Translations under genes and position numbers: made by a program | The notes under the pieces: model-generated | What the model saw: the letters and a program-made list of their open reading frames with translations, nothing else | Database searches by the model: none | Told to the model about the DNA's origin: nothing | Assembly (NCBI RefSeq): GCF_009834535.1 | Contig: NC_045697.1 | Coordinates: forward strand, 1,614,001 to 1,678,000 | DNA: 64,000 nucleotides | Direction of reading: 5' to 3' | DNA from: Camelus ferus | Taxonomy: Eukaryota | Shown here: in pieces, positions 36,876 to 50,000 of the stretch | Layout of the letters: each line of letters starts with the position of its first letter | Position numbering within the stretch: the stretch's first letter is position 1

Positions 36876-39749
36876 TTGAAGGAAAAACGAGTTGAGGTAA
36901 GCAGACATGACTTTGCTCTTAAGTTTTTGCAGTATGAAGCAGAAAGAGAAAGAAGGCAACTTTGTGTTTCCGTGTGATTCTGTGGGAGCTGCACACAGGC
37001 CCTGCTGCCAGACTTCCTGGGCATAGAACCCAGCCCCGCCAAGAGAGGTTCACTTCTCGGCCCCAGGGAAGGCCATGGGTGTGCCCCCCAGAACGGGGCC
37101 CTGTTCAGCCAGGCCTCCAGCAAGCCTCCCCCTCCCCCTGGCCTTCCTCACGGGCTGATCCCAGCTCCCTGGTGAGACAGAAACCTCTCTGCTCTTGGCA
37201 TCCTTGTCAGGCAGACTCTGCCCCTTCCCCAAGACACCCAAGGCTTCCTCCCCTTCAATCCCATAGCCATCCCTGAGCGGGGAACTGCTTGGTTCACTGT
37301 TCATCTTCTCCCAGCCCTGCCCACTGTCAGGAAGGGCTTGCCGGCAGGGGGCTCAGAAGCCGGGCGTGCTGGACCTGAGCCGTTCTGATCTCCCATGGTG
37401 GGCGCCACCCTGGGTCCTGAGCCAGGGACACTCAGCCTGGGTGGGGATGCAAGCACAGGAGGTCATCATGGGGTCAGGGTGCAATTCATGAGTTGGACTG
37501 ACGGGCCAGAGGTGGGTACATTTGATTGGGAGTTGACCCCAGGCAGCAGCAGGGGGTCTTCACGTGGCCCGTCATGGTTTTGGGGACCCACCAGAGTGGA
37601 ATCAAGGCCAAGACCACACTTGAGGATGGATCAGTGGAAGTGGGAAGGGAGTGGTTCCTTGGGGCCCTGGGCTGGCCAGGCGGCCAAAGATCTGACAAGA
37701 CCCTCCCAGAACCTGAGAGAGGCCTGGCCAGGCACGGAGTTCTGGGAGCCTGGTGGAGCAACCCCGCATTCACTCCTGCTGAGGCGGCCCGGCCTTGCCG
37801 GGGGGTAGGCCTGGGGGAGCCGAGTCCCTCCTGGGGGAGTCCCTTCTCCTCCGGGGAGTCTCCTAGGCTTAACCTCATTCCTCCCACCTCTGGTCCAGGA
37901 GGGCTTCACAACTGCACGGGCCACCTCACCCTCTCTGGTCTCATGCACCTCATCCCAGTGTCCAGCGCTGGCCAGGGAAGAGCCCGCTGCCCCCAGACCC
38001 TGGGCTGGGATGGTGGTCGGGGCCCCCCTGGGGGTGATGTGAGGCCTTCACCTCCCAAGCCCAGTACCTTCCTGGAGGTCACATGGCCTACAGGGGACAG
38101 GGGCTGCCAGGAGGGAGAGTGTGGGAGGGAGGAGGGTGGAGAAGGCTCCGTGTGTACAAACACCCACCTCCTCCACACTAGCAGGGCGGAAGCAGGACTC
38201 AGAATAGAATGGGTCTCTTTCAAGTTCCAAATTGGGCTCCGGGGGCTGAGGGCAGGCAAGTTTGGATATAAAAATAGAAACATGGTGTCTGCGTGGGCCC
38301 GTGCCCTCCACCTGCGGGGGCTGGTGTTTTAAATAGAATTTCCCAGTGGGGCCTGCCTGACACCATTATGCAGAAAATTTACCCAAACAAACCTCTCAGA
38401 GGTTGAAGGCAGCAACTGATGCAGGCTGGGGTGCTGATGAGGCCAGCGTCAGGGTGCAGCCCACTGGGCAAGAGGGCGCTGGCTGGCCCTTGAGTTGGCT
38501 TTACAGCCCACGACTCCATTTTCCTCCTGCCCAGGCCTTTGCACAGGCTGTGTCCCTGCTGGGAGAACCCTCCTAGGTGGTCAGGGCCTGCTCAGGCCCA
38601 GCGTCCCAGAGAGGTGCCTCTGATTACGTCCACCTGCACGCTCCAGCTGGCCTGCACTCAGGCCAGGCTTGCATGGGGCAGGAGGTGCTGAAAGCGGGCA
38701 ACGTGGCCAGAGGTCCACAGATGGGGGCCACCCTCTAGGCAGGGCTCTGTCCTGGGACCCAGAACTGATGGCCAGGACCCTGTCCCCAGGAGCCCAGACT
38801 GAGGTGGGGCGTGAGGAAGTCCAGCGAGTCCTGTGCCGCGTGGTGGCTGAGGCTCGGACGTAGGTGAGCGTCTGAGCAGTCGTGTTGGGGGGTTGGGAGG
38901 CCTCATGGGGTAGTGATCCTGAGCTGGCTGTCCTGGGAGGGATGCAAGAGGGCGGGGCAGAGGGGAAGCCAGCTGCAGGCGCTCTGGCTTGGAGTCTGGA
39001 CCAGACTCTCCAAAGCTAGCCCAGCACACAGGCGTCCTGGCAGCCACCCTCCCCTGCCCACTCTGGCCCTGGCGCTCCGTCTGCTGCTCTCCCCTGGATT
39101 CCAGCAATGGGAAGAACACCCCCAGCTCCCACCCAGGCAAGGCGCCACAAGAGAGCACTGGGGCCAGGCCCGGGGCTCTGGACTGGCTGGAGCCCAAGAC
39201 GAACAGCTCCTGCCCCGCCTGTCCTCTTTACCACAGCACGCACTGTTAGTCCCCTGGAAGAGGTCCCAGCCCCAGGTCCTGTCCTCAGAGCCACCGGAGC
39301 ACCCTCCCCTGGCTTCCCCACAGCCCAGCAGCCAGCACCCCCTCAGTCTCAGTCCCCTCCCTTGCCGGCTGGGTGGTGTGGCCAGAGTCCCTGCCCAGGG
39401 CAGCGCCAAAAGGCATCCCCCTGGAGGGGCTGCGGTGGGGAGGAAACTTGTTCCCTGCTGTCCAGCTGGGCAGGCAAGCTGCCAGAGGGTACAGTGGTGC
39501 AGTCCTGAGCCTTGGCCCTGCCCAGGAGCAGCCTGCCAACGTGTACCAGGCCCCCTTCTCTCTCCCCCCAGGCAGCCTGGTGAGGAGGTGCTTGGTAAGA
39601 CCACGGGGCCACTCCTGGGGTTGTTGGATGGACGAGAAGATTGAAGCTTCCAGGGTCCTCTGGACGTGGGACCCAGGTGGGCAGCTCTGCTATGCCTGCC
39701 CCTTCCCTCGGGCCGCCCCTTAAGGCCTTTGTCTAGTCCTTCCTCAGCC

Positions 39750-40450
39750 ACTCACTGCGCATCTACTCTGTGCCAGGAAGGCACAGCGACTCGGCAAGTG
39801 TGGTTCTGGCCTTGTGAGATGACAGAACAGAGGGCGTCCGACCATAACAAATACAAAGATAGAGGGGTTGAAAGGCGGGCAGGGGAGGGAGGGAGCACGA
39901 GGACGGTGGACAGCTTTGAGCAGAGGATTGAGGAGAGGACTGTGTCAAGAGTGATGCTGAAACAGAGACCAAGGGAATTGAGGAGGTGGGCCACACACAA
40001 ATCCGGGGTAAGAGTGATCCAGGAGGAGGGGACAGTGAGCACCAAGGCCCTAAGCAGGTGGTGCCTGGCCCTGGAGGAGCAGCCAGGTGGCTAGTGGGGC
40101 CAATGGAGTGGGGACCTGGAGATCAGAGAGGGAAGAGCTCAGAGAGGGGAGAGAGGGACTGCACAGGCGTGTGCCCGTGGGGAGGACTCGGGTCCAGAGT
40201 GGACAAGTGACATGGTCTGATGTTGGGATTGGATCCCTCTCATGTGACCAAGGACCCTGCCAGGCAAGGACAGGAGCCAGAGAGCAGATAGGGGAGGATG
40301 GGGCAGGGAGGGTCCTGGAAGGGCAGAGTCCCAGGTGAACTTCAGAGCCACCGGGGCTTCCAGACCGAGATGCAGGCGAGAGGCCCCTCAGCAAGAGTGG
40401 CCTTGCAGTTGCCGCCCAGACGCGGAAGGCTGGGAAATGAGGTGCTGACT
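39750..40450 (-). mobile_element. LINE-2 remnant
   Basis: Purine-rich L2-like blocks ('ctactctgtgccagg', 'ccaggaggaggggacagtgagcaccaaggccctaagcagg', 'gtgacatggtctgat'); highly diverged. Confidence 0.5.
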
Positions 40451-42188
40451 TGCAGATGTGTTAAGCCTGTGATGTCAGGCACATCCACGGAGAGCTGGTG
40501 CGGGGGCCACAGATCATGAGCCTGACACGGGCAGCGCAGAAGCCGGTGGTGACTGAGGGCGTGGTCAGGGCTCACGCAGGTGCTGCTTAAAGCCTGAGTC
40601 TTTTGGGCGAGGTGCGCAGGTCCTGCCTCCACCCCCAGACTGCAGCTGCCTCTGGATGTTCTGGGCCCTGGCGCAGCCACCAAATCAGCAGCCATGGCTA
40701 CCCTAGTGGTAGGCGTGGCAGGGGGACTGGTTCTGGAGTGGAGATGAGGTGTCACCTATGTGCCTTTAGCATGGGGATGCTCTGTAGAGGCTCTCCACCT
40801 GCTCCCTGGTCAGCCAGGGTGCCTTGCCTCACCTCTGCTCACCTGCAGCACTGGGCCTGCCTGCACACCCTCTCCAGAGGTGAGACCCTCCTCACTGCCA
40901 GCTCCAAGGGGAATCCTGGTTGCCTGGCTCCTTTGGCCTCTGCCTCCTGTAGGTCCTGGCTTGAGAGGCTGCTCTGAGCTGCCCTGAGGCCCTAACCAGG
41001 GTCCCCTCTGCCCTCCCTCACAGCTGGGGCTGGGCCGGGGACCAAGGACAGGAACAATGCAATGTGAGTGGTCGGATTCTCTCCAAAGTGGAGGCTGCAT
41101 CTTATTCCCTGTTTGGAGGCGGATTTGCATTCCTGGGGGCTAATTCTCTGGGGCACCTGGTCTTCAGTGATCCCAATGACCAGGCCTCTCTGTCCTGGTC
41201 TGCCCTCTGCCTCCTCAGAACTTAGCATCTGAAGCCAGCCCCTGCCTGCCCTGCCCCGTGGTTCATGCTCCAGCCGGAGGCACCGACGTCTGGCTTTGCT
41301 CGTCTCTGTTCCTGGTCTCTGTCCCCTTCCCCAACCACCCACCTGCTAAGAGGTCACTCATGGTGACACTTTGTGCACCTGCTCCCTCCCATGGGCTGCA
41401 GTGGGAGGTGGTTCCCTGAATCATCTCAGGGGGCCCAGGGTTCTGGCACAGGGGCTGCCAAACCAGGCATCAGGGAGCACGTGCGTCCAGCCTTGAGGCA
41501 GTGAGCGCACAGTCAGGGGCTCGGCTCGGCCAACACCGAGCCTCTTTCACATGGAGCCCTGTTCCAGAGTGAGGTGACCTCGGGGGTGCTAAAGGCACCT
41601 CCATGACAGCCTCTGTGGCAGGGCAGGTTTCAGGATCTCTTGGGTCCAAGTCCACCCCTGAGAGCTGGGCTGCACTGAGGATGGGTGGAGTCACAGAGCT
41701 AGGGTGGCCCTGGGCCAGGCGTGGTGAGGGTCAGCCAACCCTGGTGGCTGAGGGGCTGTGGTGCTGGGCTCCCTGCTTTTTCTCATCCTGTCAGACTTCT
41801 CCTGCCACTTCTCCAGCAGATGCCCGCCTAGTTTTACAGATGGGGAAACTGAGACCCTGCTGGCTAAATACCCTCCCATAGCCTTGCTTGCATCTGACCG
41901 CCCATGCCCCCCCGGCTTTGCCCCTTTCCTGCCTTGGTCCTGTCTCTTCCCAGTGGGCATGGGCACCCCCCAGCCACTTGATTCTGGCCTTTCCCACCTA
42001 CACCGCCCACCTAGTTACCTTCTCTGCCCCCCAGTGTGCTGCTGATGGGTAGCTCTGGGACAGATGGACAGTGACATGGCCCAAGTTCTATCCAGCTGCA
42101 ACTCTGGGCATCCCCATAGCCTGGGGCTGCCTCCTCAGGGACCTTGGCCTCAGAATAACCCAAATCCAGCGGCTGGAAACCCCCCACT

Positions 42189-42275
42189 CTGCCTGTCCAG
42201 AGCAGCCCCCCATCCTGCCTGTCCGGAGCAGCCCCCCTCCCTGCCTGTCCAGAGCAGCCCCCGGCCCTGCCCATC
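42189..42275. repeat. 26-bp minisatellite, three copies plus a partial
   Basis: ctgcctgtcc(a/g)gagcagccccc starts at 42189, 42215 and 42241, with a partial unit at 42267. Confidence 0.9.
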
Positions 42276-43379
42276 TGGACAGCTGGTCCAGCCCTTCCTA
42301 TTGCTGCCCTGCTGGACTCTGGCCCTTTGTGTCCAGTTTAGCACAGAGGTGCAGACCTTGGCTTCCCCCTGGACAAGGTCCAGCCTCTGCTGGCCTGGCC
42401 TTCTGCCCTTCCCCGCTGCCCCTGCAGCCCTCAGCCAGATACTGTCCTTTTCCTGCTCACAGCTTCCTAGGCCCTGGGACCGGGGTCCCAGCCCCACTCC
42501 TTGTGGGGATGCACCTCCCCTCCCCCTCCTCATATGCCCGAAGCTTTCCACCCCTTCCCTGGAAGGCTCCAGGCCCTTACAAGCTTGGTGGCCTTGCCCC
42601 CTCTCCCTAGAACACCTTCACTCTATCTCCACCACTTACGTCACCCCTGAGGGTTTTCTCCTGGAAACCATTTCCTCCCAGAAAGCCCCTTCCCCTGCAA
42701 GACCTGACAGGTCCCCTTCCCCCTAGGCCCCTGCACTTTAAACCAGATAATCTGGGGCTAAAGCTGGACTTGTACCACCCCACCCCCCTCTATGGCTGTG
42801 GGGAAGGGCCTCGATTGGGGGCCTTCCCTGGGAGACAAAGTTTAAAATACCTTGTTTTCTGGGCCTCCCAGTATTGGAACAAGACCTCTGGGCCATAGGA
42901 GTCCAGCCCTGATACAAGGGCTGTGTCACTGCCTGGAAGTGCCTGAAAAATGTCCTGGAGGCTCTTCTGAAACAAGGGCACCCTTCTGCCAGATGTTCGG
43001 GGCAAGGAAGGGGACGGAGGATGGGGTCATCCCATGCCCTGCCCCTGCCTCCTAACCTGAGTCAGACCCTGGAGGCAGGGATGGGGTCAGAGACGGATGC
43101 TGCCTCCTCGCTCAGGATCAGGATCAGTGGGTTGGGAGGCAACACCTCCTCCAGTGGGGCCACCAGGTGTCACTGTGCAGGACACACACACACAGGGAAC
43201 AGACACTTACATTTACTGAGCACCTGTTGTGTGCGGTGCAAAGATGGTGTGCCCACACCCGCAGCCAACTCCTGCCTTCTTCTCCCGCGGACCGGGGGTG
43301 GGGAAAGGAGGGAGTTCCCCAAACCCTGAGCCAATCCTTGAACCCCGAGTGCTGCAAGCTGTGCCCAGGGCCTGGAGGC

Positions 43380-44030
43380 GGCCAAAGTAGTGAGTCCCGG
43401 GCCCTGGGTTGGGTGGGGCCGGGGAGCCAGGGGAGGCGGGGCGGGGCCCGCAGGGGCGGGCCAGACAGAACGGGCGGGGCCTGAGGCCGGGGTGGGGCCC
43501 AGAGCCAGGGAGGGAGGGGCCAGGCCGAAGGGGCGGGGCCGGGGGGGCCGGGCGGGCCCTGGCGGAGTCGCGCGGCCGAAGCGCTCAGCTGGCAGATCTC
43601 CTGGCTACCGGCCCGGCGGGCGGCAGCGCCTGGCGGCTGAGCCGGAACCGCCGCCTGGACGCACGGCCCGCGGAGGTGGGAGCAGAGCCTCGGCAGGTAA
43701 GGCACGACGGCGGGGCGCGGACTGGCGGAGCGCGATCGCGTCCCCCGGGCTGGTCGGAGCCCCCGGGGCCAGGGTCTTCGCCGTAGGGCGGTCGAGGGGC
43801 GATCAGCTCCAGCTCGCACCGGGCCTGGCGGCGCCACCGCGTGAGAAAGTGCGCGGGGTCGGGGGTGCGCGGGGTGCACGCTAGAGGCCGCGGGTGGGAG
43901 CAGTGGTGTAGCGTCCGTCCCGCGGCCCCTCATCCCTCTGGTCTCCCGCTTCTCCAGGCCCCTGGGGCTCACAAACCGCCGCAGGCCCCCATTACAGAAC
44001 CCGCACGACTCGGCCTCCGAAGGCCCAGGC
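43380..44030 (+). promoter_or_regulatory. SH3BP2: CpG island / GC-box promoter, distal promoter of SH3BP2
   Basis: Dense GGGGCGGGG boxes at ~43435-43555 and high CpG, directly upstream of a strong splice donor. Gene assignment rests on known TNIP2-SH3BP2 adjacency and the SH3BP2-like exon at 59800. Confidence 0.8.
43580..43696 (+). other. SH3BP2: Non-coding first exon of SH3BP2 (start approximate)
   Basis: Near-consensus donor GCAG|GTAAGG at 43696/43697 just downstream of the GC boxes; no ATG in the exon. Confidence 0.7.
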
Positions 44031-47000
44031 GGAGAGTTTGCTTCCACCTCCTCCCGGTAATCCAGACTTTCCTTCCCTCAGCTGGCGAAACGAAGGTGGG
44101 AGAAAAGCTGCCTGTTGGAGCTGATTCACACTGAAGTGTGAGTGACTGATAGCCCCGTGGCTCAGAGGGTGTCTGCCATGCTTATTTTGAAGAACCGCAT
44201 CAGAGTTGGGGGGTTGGGGACAGCCTTCCTTCCACACATGGGCCCGGCCCCTCCCAGCAGACCAGCTCTTCCCTGCTGCTCTGGGATCAGGCTTCCTTTG
44301 GTGAAGTGCTGACGGTGGCTGCACAGGGGGTGTTTAGCCTGCCTGAGCCCTGCTACAGCGTGGGAGCCAAGAGCCCACTGCGCCTGTCACCCTGCGGGAC
44401 CCCGAGTGCCTCTCATCCTCTCTCTGTGCCTCGGCTTGCCCGTCTGTCAACACTGGTGACGTCTGTGCCTGCTGGCCAGGTGGCCATGCTGAGTAAAGTG
44501 CCCCTCATAAGTGGCCCTGGCCTGGGCGAGGGCTCCGTGTAGGACTTCTGGAGTTGCGGTGTGGCTGACACATGGGAGCTTCCTGATGAGGTGCGTAACC
44601 AGGCCCCAGCACAAAGGGGGCCCAGGAAATGTCAGTTGCCATGATGGTGATAAAATGTGTAGAATTCTTTCACGACAGTCTGATGGCCAAGGGGGCTTGG
44701 CCAGTCCTGGTGTCGTGGTCTGTTTCCAGGTTTAAGTCCAGCCCAGCACTGACTCAGTGTGAGCCTGGTCATCCCCCTGCCCTCTCTGGCCCAGGCTCTG
44801 TGAGACCAGGCCAGGGTTCCACGACCTCCTGGCTCTCCTCCCACTGTGTTCTATACCCAGGACACCCGGAGGACTCCCTGGGAGCGAGGGCTCCACTCCG
44901 GGTGGGCCAGGGGGCCAGGATAGGGTCTTTAAGAGGGGAGGACTCTGTTGTAATTCCCCTTCTCTGCCTGCCCCCTAGTCCATTACTTGGCTCTGTGCCT
45001 GGTGTTGGGACACACCCTGGGCAGAGGGGGCAAGCAGAAGGACAGATAGGTAGGTGGCCCAGACTGGTCCCCCTTAGCCATCTGAAAAGAGGGCCTGGCC
45101 TTTTGGGGGAGTTCCTCAGGCTTACAGAGTCAGGGAGGAGCCCACCAAGGAGGCTACCCTGGGAGAGATAGGGAGGCGGGCGGCTCCAAATCTCTCTTAG
45201 CCCTTCCTGTTCACGTGGACAGAGGAAAGTCAGGCGCTGAGTCAGCCCCCACCAGCCCCCCTCAACATGGATGCACGCAAGCTGCAGGCCTGCAGGTGGG
45301 AAGTCTGAAGCACACACACGCACAGACCAAGTGGCCCAGCCTTGGACACAGAGGGCCTGGGTCCTGGCTTTGAATGTGGCCACGACCATTCACCAGCTGT
45401 GTGATCTTGGCCTGGAGGCTTCACACTGCTGAGCCTCGGCTTCCTTGTCTGTCAAGTGGAGGGAGTGAACGACTTTCCACCTCTTGGGTGGTTGTGAGTG
45501 TCTAGCAGTTGGCTAGTGCTGGCACATGGTTGGTGTGCAGTGACCGTGAACCACTGGGGGTGTTTTCCTTGGTCCTCAGGGCTGGGTAACAGGGATAGCT
45601 AGGCCACCTCTGGTTGGCAGTGGGCATGGGGCTGGACCTGGAGAGGCCTGAGACAAAGGGCAAGCTCCCAGGTCCTCTCCCGCTTGGGTCTCATGGCAAA
45701 GGCCTGAGTCTGTCAGGAGCGGCCAGACTTGGGGAGCCGCCTGGGTCCTCCTGGCTTCTGTCCTTGAAGCTCTACAGTAGGACAAGCGTCAGTGACTGGT
45801 AGGCCCCTCCCCTCACTGGCTGGCCAGTAAGGTGGCCTCAGTAAGGCTGGGGCATGCACATATGTGGTTCTGTAATAACCCCAGGTAGTGTGGCCAGCAC
45901 TGCCGAGAGAGGTGGGCTATAGGTAGCCAGTGAGAGCAGGATTTGCAGTCAGGAGGAAGGCTGTTTGGACCAGGTGGACAGTCATGAGGGTGGGAACAGA
46001 CTGAGCCAAAGGCTAGCAGTGGAGAGAGTGGCAGACCAGTTTGACCAGTGGCCTGACGTGCACTGGATGTGGTGAGGGACATGGATCAAAGTGCAGAGGG
46101 GCCTGGGAGGCAGGGAGGGGGGCTGTCAGGACACTGAAATCCTCCCCCCCAGGTAGGCGGCCTTTCTCCAAAAGGCCTCTGGATCTTTCCAGTGGCCCTG
46201 ACCAGGCATCGAAGGACTGGGGACAGTCTTATGTGTGGGCCACCTAAGTCCGAGAGGTGAGGGGCCAGGGAGCATTCTAGACCCTTTGTAGCCTTGGGCA
46301 GGCAGACCCAGCAGCGCCTGCCGCCTGGTCATTGTCCTTAAAGGCCCTAGGCCTAGGCACCAGGGCAGACGGGGTGATGCCAGGAGAGAGGGAACTGCTG
46401 CTCAGCTGTGGCTGGGAGACCTGAGCCTCCTTAGTGAACTCTCAGGGGATAGAAGCCCCTGGCTTTGGCAGGGGCCAGGCTCCAAGCTGCACCTGAACTC
46501 CAAAGCACCATCCCAGTGAAGTGCAAACCCAGGCTGGCCCTCGTCGGGGAGGGGGCCTGATGGGGCTTGAGGTGGCCTGGGCTCCCAGGAGAGGCAAAAG
46601 CCCGCCCCACTCCCTCCTTCTCCCTGGGCACCAGAACTTCTGAGGTTCCAGCTCTGGGGCTGCCTGCAGGTCAGCCCCTGCCCACCCCCATCCCAGGTCA
46701 CGAACCACCTGGAGCTGCTGGCAGACCTGGCGTTTCCTTCACCCCTGACCCTGAGGTCCAGGGGACACTGACCCTCAGAGCGTGCTGGCTAGCCACGGTG
46801 GGCCCCAGGGCGCCTTGCCAGTTGGCCTCCAGGAAGGGTGTGGGCTTGGTCGCCCGAGGCAGTGGCCTGGTTTGGTTGGTGGGGCCTGAGGGTTTGGTCT
46901 GCAGCTCTGATTCCGAGAAGTGCCCTCTGCTTCCTTGTGAATCAGATGTTTATTGTGTGCAGGCTCAGCCCAGGGCAGGGGCGGCCCACTGCCAAGCACG

Positions 47001-50000
47001 CCCGTTCCAGGCCACTGGGTAGGGTGTGGGGTGCCTGCCTGCTGGAACCTGCAGAGGGAGCGGAGGTCCCTGCCCCCAGGGCCTGCCAGGCTGACAGGTG
47101 ACAGCCCCAAGGTGGCGCCACACGTGCGGTGCCGAGGGTGGGCTCCCCCATGAACAGAGGCTGAGCCAGCCTGGAGGAGGCTTCCCTGGGGCTTCTCTGA
47201 GCCAGCAAACAGTTTCTCCCAAGAAGCAGAGGGGAGTCACATTCCCAGCACAGGAGTAGCCTGTGTCCCTTTCATGTCCAAGTGACTCTCTGGACTTCAG
47301 GTCGCTCCTTGTGAAATGAGGTTGAAACAGTTCTAACTTACGGTATCCTCAGGAAAGTTAAAAGAGACACAGTCCTCACTGTGGGACCTAGATCCTGCAA
47401 GGGGCGCCATCAGGGCCACACCTCCAGCCCCAGCTGGGCTCCCTGTCCTTGACCTCACACAGACCCTGCAGCTCCACTTCAGGGGTTTCCTCTAGTCCTG
47501 CCTGAGGGGGTGCTGTTATCCTGCAAGCTGCTATGTGGCATTAGAGAGCTCTGTGTCCTCACACCCACTGCCCTGAGCCGGGGTGGGCGGAGCCAGCCTG
47601 GCCCCCACCCCTCATTGCTGGCAAAGTGGAGAGAGGTCAGGGGTCGACCCAAGGTCCTGGAATGCAGGGTGGGCCGTGGCTTGGTTCCCAAAGCCTTGGG
47701 AGCCCGGGGCAGCACCCACAGCCCACTTAGGGCCCTGGCTGGAGGATGAGGCCTTTGCCACCCCACTCTGAACCCTACCGCTGGGGCAGTGGTGGGACCC
47801 CTTCAGAAGGCTGCTGCCCACAGGCCTCTGCCCCTCTCAGGCATGCCGGAGTGTCCTGTGTACCAGGCCATGGGCCAAGCATGTCCCCAGGAGTGGACAG
47901 GTAGCAGCTCCGCCTGTCTGGCTCACCCTGCCACTCTTCCTCAGAAGCAGTTTAGTAAGGCTTAAGTGTCCTGCTTGGTGCTGGGGCCCGGCCCCGGCCC
48001 TGCCCCCACCTCCCGAGGCGGATGCCTCCTGCAGGCCCGGGCCCATTCCCTGGTCGTGTTTACCTGTCTGCTTCTCCCTGCCCGACCGGGAACTCATGAA
48101 GGACAGGGCCACATCTGACTGCCCAGCAGTGCCCTTGGGGGCCTGGCCCAGAGGAGGGAAGTTCCCCTGTGAAGCTCCCACAGACTGAAGCCTGGATGGC
48201 TGCAGGCAGGGCGTGTTTAACTCCGGCTCATCATCAGAGACAGATGTGTTCTGTCATCTTGGAAGGCCTCTGCCGCCCGGTTGGCGAAGTTTCCAATCAG
48301 ATCATAGTGGGTGGTTCTGCTGTGGCCTTGCTTGAACCTCTCGAGGTTTCCATCACAGCCCCACCGAGCCATAGGCTCCAGCTGCCACAGCCCTCAACAG
48401 TCACCACTCCAGCCACCCGGTCTCAGGGGCCCCAGCAGTGGTTCAGACAGGGTGACTGAGGCGGGGGGTCCATGGCGCCCACTCTAAGTGGAAGCCATTC
48501 TGTTCTCTGTGGCTGTTCGTTCCTAGAGACACACGTTGGGGCCAAGATTGGGGTCAGCTTGGGCTCCCCAGAGCCACTGGCCACAGCGGGGACATGGTCT
48601 TTAGGTCCCAGGGAGTTAGTCCCCTAGGCACGGCCCTGGCAAGGTTAGGTCTGCACCCAGCAGGAGAGTGGTGGGGAAGGATCCAGGAAGGCGGGCCTGG
48701 GAGTCCTGAGTGATGGGAGGAATAGCGCCCTGCCCCGTGCTGGAGCAGGAGGGAGGCATGCAGGGAAACTCAACACACTCCTTGTCTCCTAAAGAATGAC
48801 CTCCCTACCCTGGCTGCTTCCTCTCCTATTTGAGGCCAGAAAAGGAAGGCCTTCCCTGAGGGGCGTAAAAGGTGGGCACCGAGCCGCTGCATCCCCAGAC
48901 AGCCGGGCAAACCCAGTGCTGGGGGCTGGGCCCTGGCAGGCAGGCTGGCAGTCAGCTGGGTGGGTTTGACCATGGTGGGCAGAGGGTGGAGCGCTGCGTT
49001 CCCTGCCCTTCAGCACAGGACAAGAGGTGGCTTCCTACTGCCGTCACCATCTGGCCTGAAACCCCTCGGGGTTCAGGTGGCCATTGGGTGCTTGGTGGGG
49101 CACGTGGGAGTGACCTGCTGCAAGCTGGAGGCAGCAAAGGGCCTCAGAGCCCCTGCGGTCGGTGCCAGGCCACTGCGGTCTCCCTGCTGACCACCCAGCT
49201 CTTGTCAGAGCCAAGGCCCCTTGGGGACAGAGCCTTGGCCTCCAGCAGGGCCTTGTTTGTGCTGTGCTGCACACCTGCTGGCCACCCTTCCCCACAAGGT
49301 CCTCCCCCCTACCCCCCACCTCCGTCTTCTCTCGGATCCTACCCAGGGGGACTTTCTGCCTGGCCTGCCCCAGGGCTGGGGTCCCTGGTGCCAGCTCCCT
49401 GCTACACGGGAAGCTGCTCAGGGCGGCCCATGGGGAGACTCTGGAATAACTTCCAGGCCTCACCAGGACCCGGCCTGATTTGGTTCCAGACCCTGGGCTG
49501 CTGCTGCCAGAAGAGGCTGATGCCTGGTCCTGCTGTCAGGGGAGGTGTCCCGGTCTGGGCAGCAGCCCCGGGCCCTGGCTCAGCTGGGCCTCAGCTCCAG
49601 TGGCGCTGGGGTCCACCTGCTATAAAATGGAGTGAGGGATGGTGCCCAGCCCACCCTGGGATCCTGGACAGCAGCCCTGCAAGTTTTGCCACCTAGGGCA
49701 GGACCCCTCTGAGATCAGCCTTCTTGTTCTCCTGAGAATGTGACTGGGGGCATGAGTGCTATGGTCAGTGGTGGCTGTGCCTGCGCTGGGGGCAGGAAGT
49801 CACTGGGGAAGGAAGAGCATTGAGAAAGAGACACCCTTCACCCTGGGCAGGATCTAGGAGGCCTTGCCCCGAGCCCAGGGTTCCTGCCGGCTGGGCACCG
49901 AAGGGGCAGCTGTTTCAGGGCTGAGGTCTTGAGAAGCAGGAGGAGACAGCCCCACCCCAGTGGCCTCCATGTTGATTCACCCGCCGCCTGGAAGACACAG

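Noticed and set aside
49621..49800. TATAAAA plus a downstream ETS motif as another SH3BP2 promoter
   Set aside because: Isolated short motifs with no supporting exon evidence.
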